Shown here: piece after piece, positions 19,234 to 28,155 of the stretch
Layout of the letters: the number at the start of each line of letters is the position of its first letter
How positions within the stretch are numbered: position 1 is the stretch's first letter
Assembly (NCBI RefSeq): GCF_003367075.2
Contig: NZ_CP065936.1
Span: 690,001 to 722,000, forward strand
Length of the DNA: 32,000 bases
Direction of reading: 5' to 3'
Source of the DNA: Cylindrospermopsis raciborskii Cr2010
GTDB taxonomy: Bacteria > Cyanobacteriota > Cyanobacteriia > Cyanobacteriales > Nostocaceae
The notes under the pieces: model-generated
Database searches by the model: none
Seen by the model: only the letters and a program-made list of their open reading frames with translations
Told to the model about the DNA's origin: nothing
Made by a program: the position numbers and the translations under genes

Positions 19234-20016
19234 ATGCAAAGATATTTAAAAGTCATCAGATTATTTTGGAGTGCAGCTATTGCTGCTGAAATGGAATATC
19301 GTTTAAATTTCATCATAGCCGCCCTCAGTAGCTTGGGGAATCTTTTGGGGGGGATTTTTGGGTTGTTTTTATTTTATCGTACGGGTTACACCTTTAGCGG
19401 ATGGTCGTGGGATTCAGCCTTGGTTGTGTTGGGGGTTTTTACTCTCTTACAGGGTTTCTGGGCTACCTTTTTAGCTCCTAACTTAAACCGGATTGTGCGT
19501 CATGTGCGAGAAGGTACATTAGATTTTGTTTTATTAAAACCCATTCGTAGTCAGTTTTGGTTGTCAACCCATATTCTTTCCCTCTGGGGACTACCGGATC
19601 TACTATTTGGTTTGATCATCATTGGTTATGCGGGTAAAAATTTGGGTTTGGGACTAGATGACTATTTTTGGGGTATATTACCTCTCGGTTGTAGTCTGGT
19701 CATTCTCTATAGTTTATGGTTCATGTTAGGATCAACCAGTATTTGGTTTACGAAGGTTTATAATACCACCGAGGTGTTACGGGGACTGTTGGAGGCGGGT
19801 AGGTATCCCATGTCCGCATATCCCATGGGCTATCGAGTTTTTTTTACTTTTGTAGTTCCAGTATCTTTTCTGACTACCGTTCCTGCTCAAGCCATCTTAG
19901 GTCAAATCCATGTCGTTTGGCTAATAAGTGCTGTTTTTTTAGCCCTGTTTTTATTTTTCCTTTCCACTTGGTTTTGGCGATTTGCCCTAAGATTTTATAC
20001 TAGTGCTTCCAGTTAA
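19234..20016 (+). CDS. ABC-2 type transporter permease
   Basis: 260 aa membrane protein; AEMEYRLNFIIAALSSL, HVREGTLDFVLLKPIRSQFWLS, GRYPMSAYPMGYRVFFTFVVPVSFLTTVPAQ are typical of this permease family. Confidence 0.82.
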   Translation: MQRYLKVIRLFWSAAIAAEMEYRLNFIIAALSSLGNLLGGIFGLFLFYRTGYTFSGWSWDSALVVLGVFTLLQGFWATFLAPNLNRIVRHVREGTLDFVLLKPIRSQFWLSTHILSLWGLPDLLFGLIIIGYAGKNLGLGLDDYFWGILPLGCSLVILYSLWFMLGSTSIWFTKVYNTTEVLRGLLEAGRYPMSAYPMGYRVFFTFVVPVSFLTTVPAQAILGQIHVVWLISAVFLALFLFFLSTWFWRFALRFYTSASS

Positions 20017-20031
20017 AAAGGAGATAAAAAC

Positions 20032-20607
20032 ATGACACCCTTAATTCTAAATAACTCGGAAACAATACCCATTACCCATGAACAATTCTATGAACTTTGT
20101 GTCGCCAACCGTGACCTGCAACTGGAGCGAACTGCTCAAGGGAACCTAATTATTATGCCACCTACAGGAGCGGAAACCAGTAGGCGTAATTCAGATATTA
20201 ACCTGGAGTTGGGCCTATGGAATAGACAAACAAAATTAGGGATAACTTTTGATTCATCTGGCGGTTTTAGCCTTCCTAATGGAGCAGATTTTTCTCCCGA
20301 TGCAGCTTGGATACCTTTGGAAAGATGGCAAGCTCTAACTGCAGAACAAAAAACCAGATTTTTGCCCATGTCTCCTGATTTTGTGATTGAACTATGTTCT
20401 CCCAGTGATTCTTTGAAACCTCTGCAAGCTAAAATGCAGGAGTATATAAATAATGGAACCCGCTTAGGTTGGTTAATTAACCCAAAAAACCGCCAAGCCG
20501 AAATTTATCGCCCAGGAGAAGAAAAACAAGTTTTGGAAAACCCATCCACCTTATCAGGAGAAGATGTTTTACCGGGATTTGTTTTAAATCTTGAGTCAAT
20601 CTGGTAG
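20032..20607 (+). CDS. Uma2 family endonuclease-like protein
   Basis: TGAETSRRNSDINLELGLW, GGFSLPNGADFSPDAAWI, PDFVIELCSPSDSLKPLQAKMQEYINNGTRLGWLINP. Confidence 0.9.
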   Translation: MTPLILNNSETIPITHEQFYELCVANRDLQLERTAQGNLIIMPPTGAETSRRNSDINLELGLWNRQTKLGITFDSSGGFSLPNGADFSPDAAWIPLERWQALTAEQKTRFLPMSPDFVIELCSPSDSLKPLQAKMQEYINNGTRLGWLINPKNRQAEIYRPGEEKQVLENPSTLSGEDVLPGFVLNLESIW

Positions 20608-20655
20608 GAGTTAATACTAATAATATCAAAATAATATCAAAAATATATTGAGAAA

Positions 20656-20674
20656 CCCCGTGTTTCAATCGGGG
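20656..20674. terminator. Terminator-like hairpin CCCCG-TGTTTCAAT-CGGGG between convergent genes
   Basis: 5-bp GC-rich stem in the short gap between Uma2 and the response regulator. Confidence 0.4.
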
Positions 20675-20702
20675 AATCAAGAAAGCTCAATCCCTGGTCA
20701 AA

Positions 20703-21446
20703 TCATTCTACCAGTGTCATGTTACTTGCTTCACCAGATGGAGGTACAGCAGGTAACTCCAAACAATAACCTGCGCCATAAACCGTCTTAATATAACGAG
20801 GACGACGAGGATCAGGTTCAAGTTTGGTTCTGAGATGGCGAATGTGAACACGAATGGTTTCAATATCATCATCAGGGTCATAACCCCAAACTTCTCGCAG
20901 GATTTCACTGGGAGAGACGGTCTGACCATGACGTTGAAGTAAACAGTGAAGTAACTCAAATTCCAGATGAGTTAGTTTCACGGTTTCATGGAACCAGATA
21001 GCTTCAAACCTTTCTGGGACTAGAGTTAAGGACCCATAATTGAGAATTTCACTGTGCTTGGCAGCTTGGGGTATGCGATCGGCTCGCCGCAACAAAGCTC
21101 TGACTCGGGCCAACATTTCCTCTACTTCAAAAGGTTTTGTTAGGTAGTCATCCGCACCGGCGTTAAATCCCTCTACTTTGTACTGGGTTTGGTTTAAAGC
21201 GGTCAACATTAAGACGGGAATTTCAGCAGTACGCTCATCCCGACGCAGTCTTTGGCAAATGGTAAATCCATCTACTCTTGGCAACATCAGGTCAAGTAAA
21301 ATCAAGTCGGGTTGTAGTTGGAGAGCCAGCGCCTGACCTTTAATACCGTCTTCAGCTTGACTAACATCGTAGCCAGCCATTTCTAAGTTGACGGCAACAA
21401 GTTCTGAAATCGCTGGGTCATCGTCTATGACAAGAATCCTGGGCAT
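20703..21446 (-). CDS. rpaA: OmpR-family response regulator, RpaA-like
   Basis: [61 protein letters not shown]; [29 protein letters not shown]; [52 protein letters not shown] closely matches remembered RpaA sequences. Confidence 0.8.
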   Translation of the reverse strand: MPRILVIDDDPAISELVAVNLEMAGYDVSQAEDGIKGQALALQLQPDLILLDLMLPRVDGFTICQRLRRDERTAEIPVLMLTALNQTQYKVEGFNAGADDYLTKPFEVEEMLARVRALLRRADRIPQAAKHSEILNYGSLTLVPERFEAIWFHETVKLTHLEFELLHCLLQRHGQTVSPSEILREVWGYDPDDDIETIRVHIRHLRTKLEPDPRRPRYIKTVYGAGYCLELPAVPPSGEASNMTLVE

Positions 21447-21836
21447 TATTAAAAAATTATGACTACCTTATATTTAACGATAAATTAAGAATCTTTGATA
21501 TATACAAAGATTACTTTTCCGACGGACAAGAACATTTAAAATTGAACATAAGGACTAATGTGGTAAAGGACTTAGGTTCACAATTAAAGACATGAAAATA
21601 ATATCAGTTTACACCACCAGATGTAACTCACAAATTACAGTTTCTAACCCATATTTTTTCGAGGTCACATTGAGTCAGGAGTCAAGTTGATCATTACATA
21701 CGGAATAAATAAAGTATATCTTTTTACTTATTTGTTCTTAATGCACAAAAATAACATAAAAACAATAATTATTTACAATTTGTAAAATCTAGGTTATAAA
21801 ATTTAGGATATAACACCCTAAGAGCTGGAATTAGTT

Positions 21837-22559
21837 GTGAATCAGTCTATTGTTTGGCAACGGGCACCTGAAAATTTCCAGTTGTGTGATCAGGAAGTAC
21901 ATATCTGGAAGATTAACCTGAAGGTATCACCATGGGAAATGGAATTTTACCGCAGGGTTTTATCTGGTGATGAAATAGCTCGTGCAGAAAGATTTTATTT
22001 TCCACAACACCAAGAGCGGTTTATTGTTGGTCGTGCCTTTCTTAGAAAAATCCTGTCGAAGTATATAAACGTAGAAGCAAAAGAAATAGAATTTGAGTAT
22101 GAAGAGAGAGGAAAGCCATTATTAGGCTTGAAGTTTAAGCATTGTGGAATATGCTTTAATTTATCCCATTCTCAAGACCTAGGTTTATGTGGTGTGAGTC
22201 ATAATAGACTAATAGGAGTAGATTTAGAAGGTATTCGTCACACATCAGATATAGAAAACTTAGCCAAGCGCTTTTTTTCAGTTAGGGAATATGAGGTAAT
22301 TAAATCAGTAGCTCCGGAAGAACAACAGGAGATATTCTTCCGTTATTGGACTTGTAAGGAGGCTTATTTAAAAGCTACTGGGAAAGGTATATCTGAACTA
22401 GCTCAAGTAGAAATAGAATTATCGCCAAATAAATCTGCTAAATTGTGCATAGTAGGAAATTGGCAATTAAAAGAACTAGTACCAGCAGAGAATTTTGCAG
22501 CAGCAGTTGTTATAGCTAATCATAATCATTTAGACAGGTTTAGGTTTTGGGAACCTTGA
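21837..22559 (+). CDS. 4'-phosphopantetheinyl transferase (Sfp/HetI-like)
   Basis: RFYFPQHQERFIVGRAFLRKIL, GICFNLSHSQDLGLCGVSHNRLIGVDLEGI, FFRYWTCKEAYLKATGKGI. Confidence 0.9.
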   Translation: MNQSIVWQRAPENFQLCDQEVHIWKINLKVSPWEMEFYRRVLSGDEIARAERFYFPQHQERFIVGRAFLRKILSKYINVEAKEIEFEYEERGKPLLGLKFKHCGICFNLSHSQDLGLCGVSHNRLIGVDLEGIRHTSDIENLAKRFFSVREYEVIKSVAPEEQQEIFFRYWTCKEAYLKATGKGISELAQVEIELSPNKSAKLCIVGNWQLKELVPAENFAAAVVIANHNHLDRFRFWEP

Positions 22560-22960
22560 AGGGGGTAAATGCGATCGCGTAGGGAGTGTTTCGCAACCCC
22601 TATATATGTTCCGTGGGTTTGTTGGGTTATTAAACTCAACCTTGTATATTGAGAGAAGTGGTAGACCGTCCCTATATTCTGTAGCTTAAACTACATTCCA
22701 AATTTATAATTGCTGCCATGAGATTGAAAAACTTGATTAACTCATGAATAACTAATAAACTTGAGGTAAATTGAAATTATCCTACAGAATGACTAGAGAT
22801 GATTTGATAAAACAAAGACTAGGAGTTGTTATGGGAGCAGGGTGTCATTAGTTAGGTATATCAATGTGAAATAATGTCAGGGTGAAAACCTTTGTTGCAT
22901 CTAATTAATTTTTGTTATTCCTCCACAATTCTGTCCCGATCTAAGGATAACTGAAAATCA

Positions 22961-24902
22961 ATGGTTCGAGAACAAACAACAGATCTTCATGTAAATACTA
23001 GAAAAACAGATGTATTTGATATTTTTAACTTCAAGTATTATATTGGACCAAATCCCTATTTAGATACAGCAGCCATAGTATTTGACTTCGCCTTGACTGA
23101 ACATCAAGATCCCCTACCGATGGAAGACTATGTTCACACTATTAGTGATTTTTATCCCCAGTTAGCTGAACAAACCTATGAATTATATGCTGATTTATTT
23201 GCTCGAGTTGTATCAGAAGTTAATAAATTAGATATATCCCTATATTTCAATCTTTACAGTATAAATTCATATCATTCCTATGTAAAGATTGCCATTCAAG
23301 CATTGCATGAACATACAGCCAAGTCAGTAGTTTACTTAGTTTGGGACTGGTTTGAAAATATTAGCAAAGAACGGTATTTCCCCCTTGAAGAGAGACTGAT
23401 AAAATTACAAGATCAATTTCGTAAATCTGTTTATGGTGGACCGACTGTCTATGCTTTATGGCAAACTGCTTACCAACAGGGTATTCCTACTTTTTATCTA
23501 TGGGAAGAGGGGTTAATGCAATATGGTTATGGAAAAAAACAGCTGAGGGGAATTGGGACCACCTTTGATGTTGATAGTCATCTGGATTCCGAATTTACCA
23601 CTCGTAAAGATGACTGTAAGGAATTTTTGAACCGATTGGGTTTTCCTGTCCCCAAAGGTGATATTGTAACTTCAGAAAGACAAGCTCTAGCTGTAGCTCA
23701 AGAAATTGGTTACCCCGTTGTCATTAAACCTGTGTCTGGTCATAAAGGAATTGGTGTTACCCCTAATATAAGAGACTCGAGAAAATTAAAATCTGCTTAT
23801 GAGTTAGCAGTTTCAGCAATTCCTAAAGACCTGTCAGTTAGAGTGATTGTTGAAGAAAGTATCTGGGGAAAAGATTTTCGTTTGTTGTGTGTGAATGGTA
23901 AATTTGTTGCTGCAACAGAACGCCGTCCACCGTCGATAGTTGGGGATGGTTATTCGACAATTGAGGAACTAATTGCCAGAGAAAATAATCAACCACAAAG
24001 AAGAGATACCCCCACTTCTTCTATGAGTAAGATTGTGATTGATCGGGCTATGGAACGATATTTATATGGTCAAAGACTAGATTTAGATAGTGTAATTGAG
24101 AAAAATCGCATTATTTATCTTTCTGATGTTGCTAATATCTCTTCCGGTGGTGTTAGCATTAATGCTACTGATAAAATTCATCCAGACAATATTATTCTTG
24201 CAGAGGAAATTGCTCAAAATTTTCGCCTCACTTGTTTGGGGATTGATGTAATCGCTAAAAATATTGCCCATTCTTGGCGATATGGTAATTTTGCTGTTTT
24301 GGAAATTAATGCAGCACCGGGTATTTTTATGCATGTTAATCCTGTTATTGGTAAAAGTGTTGATGTTCCGCACTATATTCTATCACAGTTTTTCCCCTCT
24401 GCTGAGGATGCTAGAATCCCAATTATAACTTTTAATCGAATTACTAAGATGGCTTTACTGCATACTATTGCTTACTTGTTGTCAGAATATCCAAAATTAA
24501 AAATCGGCGGTGTTTCTCGTGAAGGTTCGTTTTTAAATCTTGCTCAGAGATTTTTTCATAGAAGATTATAATCGCAATGTTCAAAGTTTGTTACGTCATC
24601 CCCAACTGGATTTATTTATTGCTGAATATTCTGGGGATATTTTAGAAAGTATGGGAATGGTTTATAAAGGTAGTAATATTGTTGTTTTAGATCATCCCAC
24701 TGCAGCTGAGATGGTCTTGTTAAGAGATGCGATAGATGGTTCTATAGTTATTACCAGACAAAAACAAAATGTTTCCATTCGACATAAGGGGGTCGTCCAA
24801 CATTTGATTGTCAGATCAGATGTGGAGTTTTGCAATCTTTATCTGGAGAGAATTTCACAATTTATTCTAATGTCACTTGATGTCTGTTACCCGCCAACTT
24901 AA
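22961..24902 (+). pseudogene. cphA2: Cyanophycin synthetase 2-like protein split by an apparent +1 frameshift at the T6 tract 24551-24556 (ORFs 22961..24571 and 24540..24902)
   Basis: ATP-grasp signatures GYPVVIKPVSGHKGIGV, VIVEESIWGKDFRLLCVNGKFVAATERRPPSIVGDGYSTIEELI, IHPDNIILAEEIAQNF, FAVLEINAAPGIFMHVNP. The second ORF LLRHPQLDLFIAEYSGDILESMGM resembles the Mur-ligase stretch of CphA. Removing one T gives AQRFFIEDYNRNVQSLLRHPQL. Confidence 0.65.
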
Positions 24903-26129
24903 TTTTAAATTAAGCCAAAAATTCCAAATTGTGGTCACGCCAATTGCTATGAGGTTTGCAATATAACGATTGGAAATTAAAAATTGAACCAGAAATTTTA
25001 ATATCAATACATTTATCATTAAACCCGCTAAACAAATCAAGTTGAATTTATAAAATCTCTTTATTCGCTGTTTCCAACTCCGTTGTTGGATAGAAATATC
25101 CCCAAATGTCCATGCATCATTCCACAGGAAATTATTGAAAATTGCCAGCTCCCCAGCTAGGATTTTGCTACCAATTAGGGGTAAAGCTAAAGTATCACTC
25201 AATAAGTACAGCACGACCGTATCTACAAACACCCCACTTAGTCCCACTAAACCAAATCGCATAAATCTACCTAGAGGAAGGGTAATTTGTAAGTTGAATT
25301 TCTGACTGATTTTTCCTAATCTTCCCGTAGATAAACGTAGACGTATTAGGTGTTGAATGTATTCTAGATACTGCTTCCAAGTTACTTTACTTTCCCCCTC
25401 CTCGCGTTCACAGAATACATAACCAACTTCCCCAATTTCTTTGACTTTTCCCCTTGCAATTACTTCTAAAATAATTTTATAGCCTATGGGGTTCATCTCT
25501 ACTCCAGCGATCGCATTTCGACGTACCATAAAATAACCACTCATGGGGTCACTAACTTTACCTAGGATATGTGGTAAAATAACCAACCCTAAAATTTGGG
25601 CTCCACGGGATAGAAATCGTCTGACTAGGTTCCAGCTACTAACACCACCACCATCCACATGACGACTGGCCACGGCTAAATCAGCTCCCCTTTTGATTTG
25701 GGATAACAGTTGTAATAGTATCTCTGGAGGATGCTGTAAATCCCCATCTATTACCCCCAAAACTTGCCCTTTGGCAGCTTGCCAACCTCTAATTACCGCT
25801 GAGGACAAACCTCTTTCCTGTTGACGACGCATCACTCGCAATTGGGGATATTCTGGAATTAATGATTCTGCTACTTGCCATGTCAAGTCGGGACTATTAT
25901 CATCAACTACTATTAGTTCGTAGTTATTGGGAATACTCTCCTCTAGTATGCTGTTGATGATGTTAATCATTTTATGAATGTTTTCTCGCTCTTGATAGGT
26001 GGGAATTACCAAGGATAAGAGAACAACATCATCATTCCACCCCAACTCGAAAGCTGGATATTCGGCAATTTTTAAGGGACCCGTGGGGGTAATTAATTTT
26101 GATTTTTCCACAAGTTGTGCTATTTCCAT
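24873..26129 (-). CDS. Glycosyltransferase family 2 (dolichyl-phosphate mannose synthase-like) fused to GtrA-like membrane domain
   Basis: LSLVIPTYQERENIHKMINII, LIVVDDNSPD, GVIDGDLQHPPE, DPMSGYFMVRR, then RFGLVGLSGVFVDTVVLYLL...FNNFLWNDAWTFGD. Confidence 0.9.
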   Translation of the reverse strand: MEIAQLVEKSKLITPTGPLKIAEYPAFELGWNDDVVLLSLVIPTYQERENIHKMINIINSILEESIPNNYELIVVDDNSPDLTWQVAESLIPEYPQLRVMRRQQERGLSSAVIRGWQAAKGQVLGVIDGDLQHPPEILLQLLSQIKRGADLAVASRHVDGGGVSSWNLVRRFLSRGAQILGLVILPHILGKVSDPMSGYFMVRRNAIAGVEMNPIGYKIILEVIARGKVKEIGEVGYVFCEREEGESKVTWKQYLEYIQHLIRLRLSTGRLGKISQKFNLQITLPLGRFMRFGLVGLSGVFVDTVVLYLLSDTLALPLIGSKILAGELAIFNNFLWNDAWTFGDISIQQRSWKQRIKRFYKFNLICLAGLMINVLILKFLVQFLISNRYIANLIAIGVTTIWNFWLNLKLSWRVTDIK

Positions 26130-26276
26130 GACTTTGACGCTGGAACATCATACCGCAAATACATAAGATGTAAAATCGGCTTTTAATGTTAAATTAGGTT
26201 AACTATCGTTAATTTTTGTTTTTCCGCTTATTTACTTATTGACATACTACTTGTCCTACCAAAAAAATCAAAACCA

Positions 26277-27476
26277 GTGAATAATATAACATTAACTCCT
26301 ATCAACCCTATTTTAGAGCGATCGCTACTAGGATCAGATATATCACCATCAGAGGCAGTAATTTTACTAAAGCAAACTGATCCAGAAACTATAAATACCA
26401 TTCGGGAAACAGCTGACAAGCTCCGCCAAAAACAAGCAGGAGAGGAGGTGACCTACGTTATCAATAGGAATATTAACTTTACCAACATCTGTGAACAACA
26501 TTGTAGTTTTTGTGCATTTCGGAGAGATGATAGTGATGAGGATGCCTATTGGCTAGATTGGTCACAAATTTTGGAAAAGTCTGCGGATGCGGTAAGTCGA
26601 GGCGCAACGGAAATTTGTATGCAGGGAGGACTCAACCCAAAAGCCCAAATCCATGGTAAGTCTCTACTATATTACATTAAACTAATAGAAACTATTAAAC
26701 AAAACTTTCCTCAACTACATATACATGCTTTTTCTCCTCAAGAGATACAATTTATTGCAAAACTAGACAGTATTTCTTATGAGCAAGTAATTACAGATTT
26801 AAGAGATGTAGGTTTGGGTTCCATACCAGGAACAGCAGCAGAAGTGTTGGATGATGAGGTGAGAAAAGTATTATGTCCCGAAAAGATCAACACAGCAACA
26901 TGGCTGGAAATTGTCACTACGGCCCACCAATTGGGTTTATGCACCACCAGCACTATGTTGTCTGGACATATTGAAACTCCAGAACAGCAAATTACACATC
27001 TAGAAAAACTGCGCCAACTCCAGCAAGCAGCACACGAAAAAGAATACCCAGGTCAAATTACCGAATTTATTTTACTTCCGTTTGTGGGTCAAGATGTACC
27101 AAAACCCCTACGTCGTCGAGTTGGTAGAGACCAACCCATTTTAGCTGATGCACTCTTATTAACAGCAGTAGCAAGAATATTTTTGGGTAAGTACATACCT
27201 AATCATCAACCAAGCTGGGTTAAATTAGGACTGACCGGTGCTATGGAAGCTTTAAATTGGGGTTGTAACGATATTGGAGGGACTTTAATGGAAGAACATA
27301 TTACTACTATGGCTGGTGCAATTGGTGGCACATGTGTGGAAGTAGAAACCCTACAAAATGCCATCCTATCTTTAAATAGACCGTATCAACAGCGTAATAC
27401 CCTGTATGTTCGCTTGTCTCCGGATTTCAACAACAGAGAGAAGTCAATCCCCGGATACCAATCCAAGATAGGATGA
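26277..27476 (+). CDS. cofH: FO synthase subunit 2, radical SAM (7,8-didemethyl-8-hydroxy-5-deazariboflavin synthase)
   Basis: [29 protein letters not shown] (CxxxCxxC), [63 protein letters not shown]. Confidence 0.92.
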   Translation: MNNITLTPINPILERSLLGSDISPSEAVILLKQTDPETINTIRETADKLRQKQAGEEVTYVINRNINFTNICEQHCSFCAFRRDDSDEDAYWLDWSQILEKSADAVSRGATEICMQGGLNPKAQIHGKSLLYYIKLIETIKQNFPQLHIHAFSPQEIQFIAKLDSISYEQVITDLRDVGLGSIPGTAAEVLDDEVRKVLCPEKINTATWLEIVTTAHQLGLCTTSTMLSGHIETPEQQITHLEKLRQLQQAAHEKEYPGQITEFILLPFVGQDVPKPLRRRVGRDQPILADALLLTAVARIFLGKYIPNHQPSWVKLGLTGAMEALNWGCNDIGGTLMEEHITTMAGAIGGTCVEVETLQNAILSLNRPYQQRNTLYVRLSPDFNNREKSIPGYQSKIG

Positions 27477-27501
27477 AACTTGATTTACCTTTTTGTTTTA
27501 A

Positions 27502-27906
27502 TTGGATATGAAGAGTTATTGGTCGCGTTTGCTGGCACTGATTTTAGTGATTACCATTGGTTTGATGGGTTGTTCCGGTACTCCCGATAGTTTGACTGGA
27601 GATTATCGTCAAGACACTCTAGCAGTTGTTAAAGTGATGAGACAAGCCGTGGAAGTATCACCTAATGACCCTAATAAAGCAGCAATTCAAGCGGAAGCAC
27701 GTCAAAAAATCAATGACTTTTCTGCCCGTTATCAGCGTTCTAGTTCAGTTTCTAGTTTAAGCTCCTTTACGACTATGCGAACTGCGCTCAATGCTTTGGC
27801 AGGTCATTACAGTTCCTACCCCAATCGTCCCGTACCCCAAAAGCTAAAAGATCGCTTGGAATTTGAGTTTAATCGTGTTGAATTGGCGCTCAAGCGTGGT
27901 TACTAA
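27502..27906 (+). CDS. psb27: Photosystem II assembly lipoprotein Psb27
   Basis: 134 aa with lipobox LMGC; GDYRQDTLAVVKVMRQAVEVSPNDPNKAAIQAEARQKINDFSARYQR. Confidence 0.92.
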   Translation: MDMKSYWSRLLALILVITIGLMGCSGTPDSLTGDYRQDTLAVVKVMRQAVEVSPNDPNKAAIQAEARQKINDFSARYQRSSSVSSLSSFTTMRTALNALAGHYSSYPNRPVPQKLKDRLEFEFNRVELALKRGY

Positions 27907-27944
27907 TTATCGGTTCCAATTTGATCAGGTTAAGTATTTTTTAT

Positions 27945-27967
27945 AAGCAGGCTTGTCCTGCTTTTTC
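27945..27967 (+). terminator. Rho-independent-like terminator after psb27
   Basis: AAGCAGG-CTTGT-CCTGCTT followed by a T tract, about 40 nt after the psb27 stop. Confidence 0.7.
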
Positions 27968-28155
27968 TATGAGATCACGTTATAAAAAACTGGTAAATAC
28001 GGCCCATCTAAGTTGAAATTGTTCCTAGTAAGATAGAATTAAAGGAGATTATTTTTTTGATGAAGATTTGACAAATTTCATAGAAACAGGAAATTTCAGC
28101 TGTTAGGTTATTAGTGGTTGATGATCTTGCTATTGTGCCTCCCTAATTAGCGAAA

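Noticed and set aside
21837-22559. Firm hetI assignment
   Set aside because: The Sfp-type transferase motifs are clear, but the heterocyst glycolipid genes usually near hetI are absent here, so only the family is claimed.
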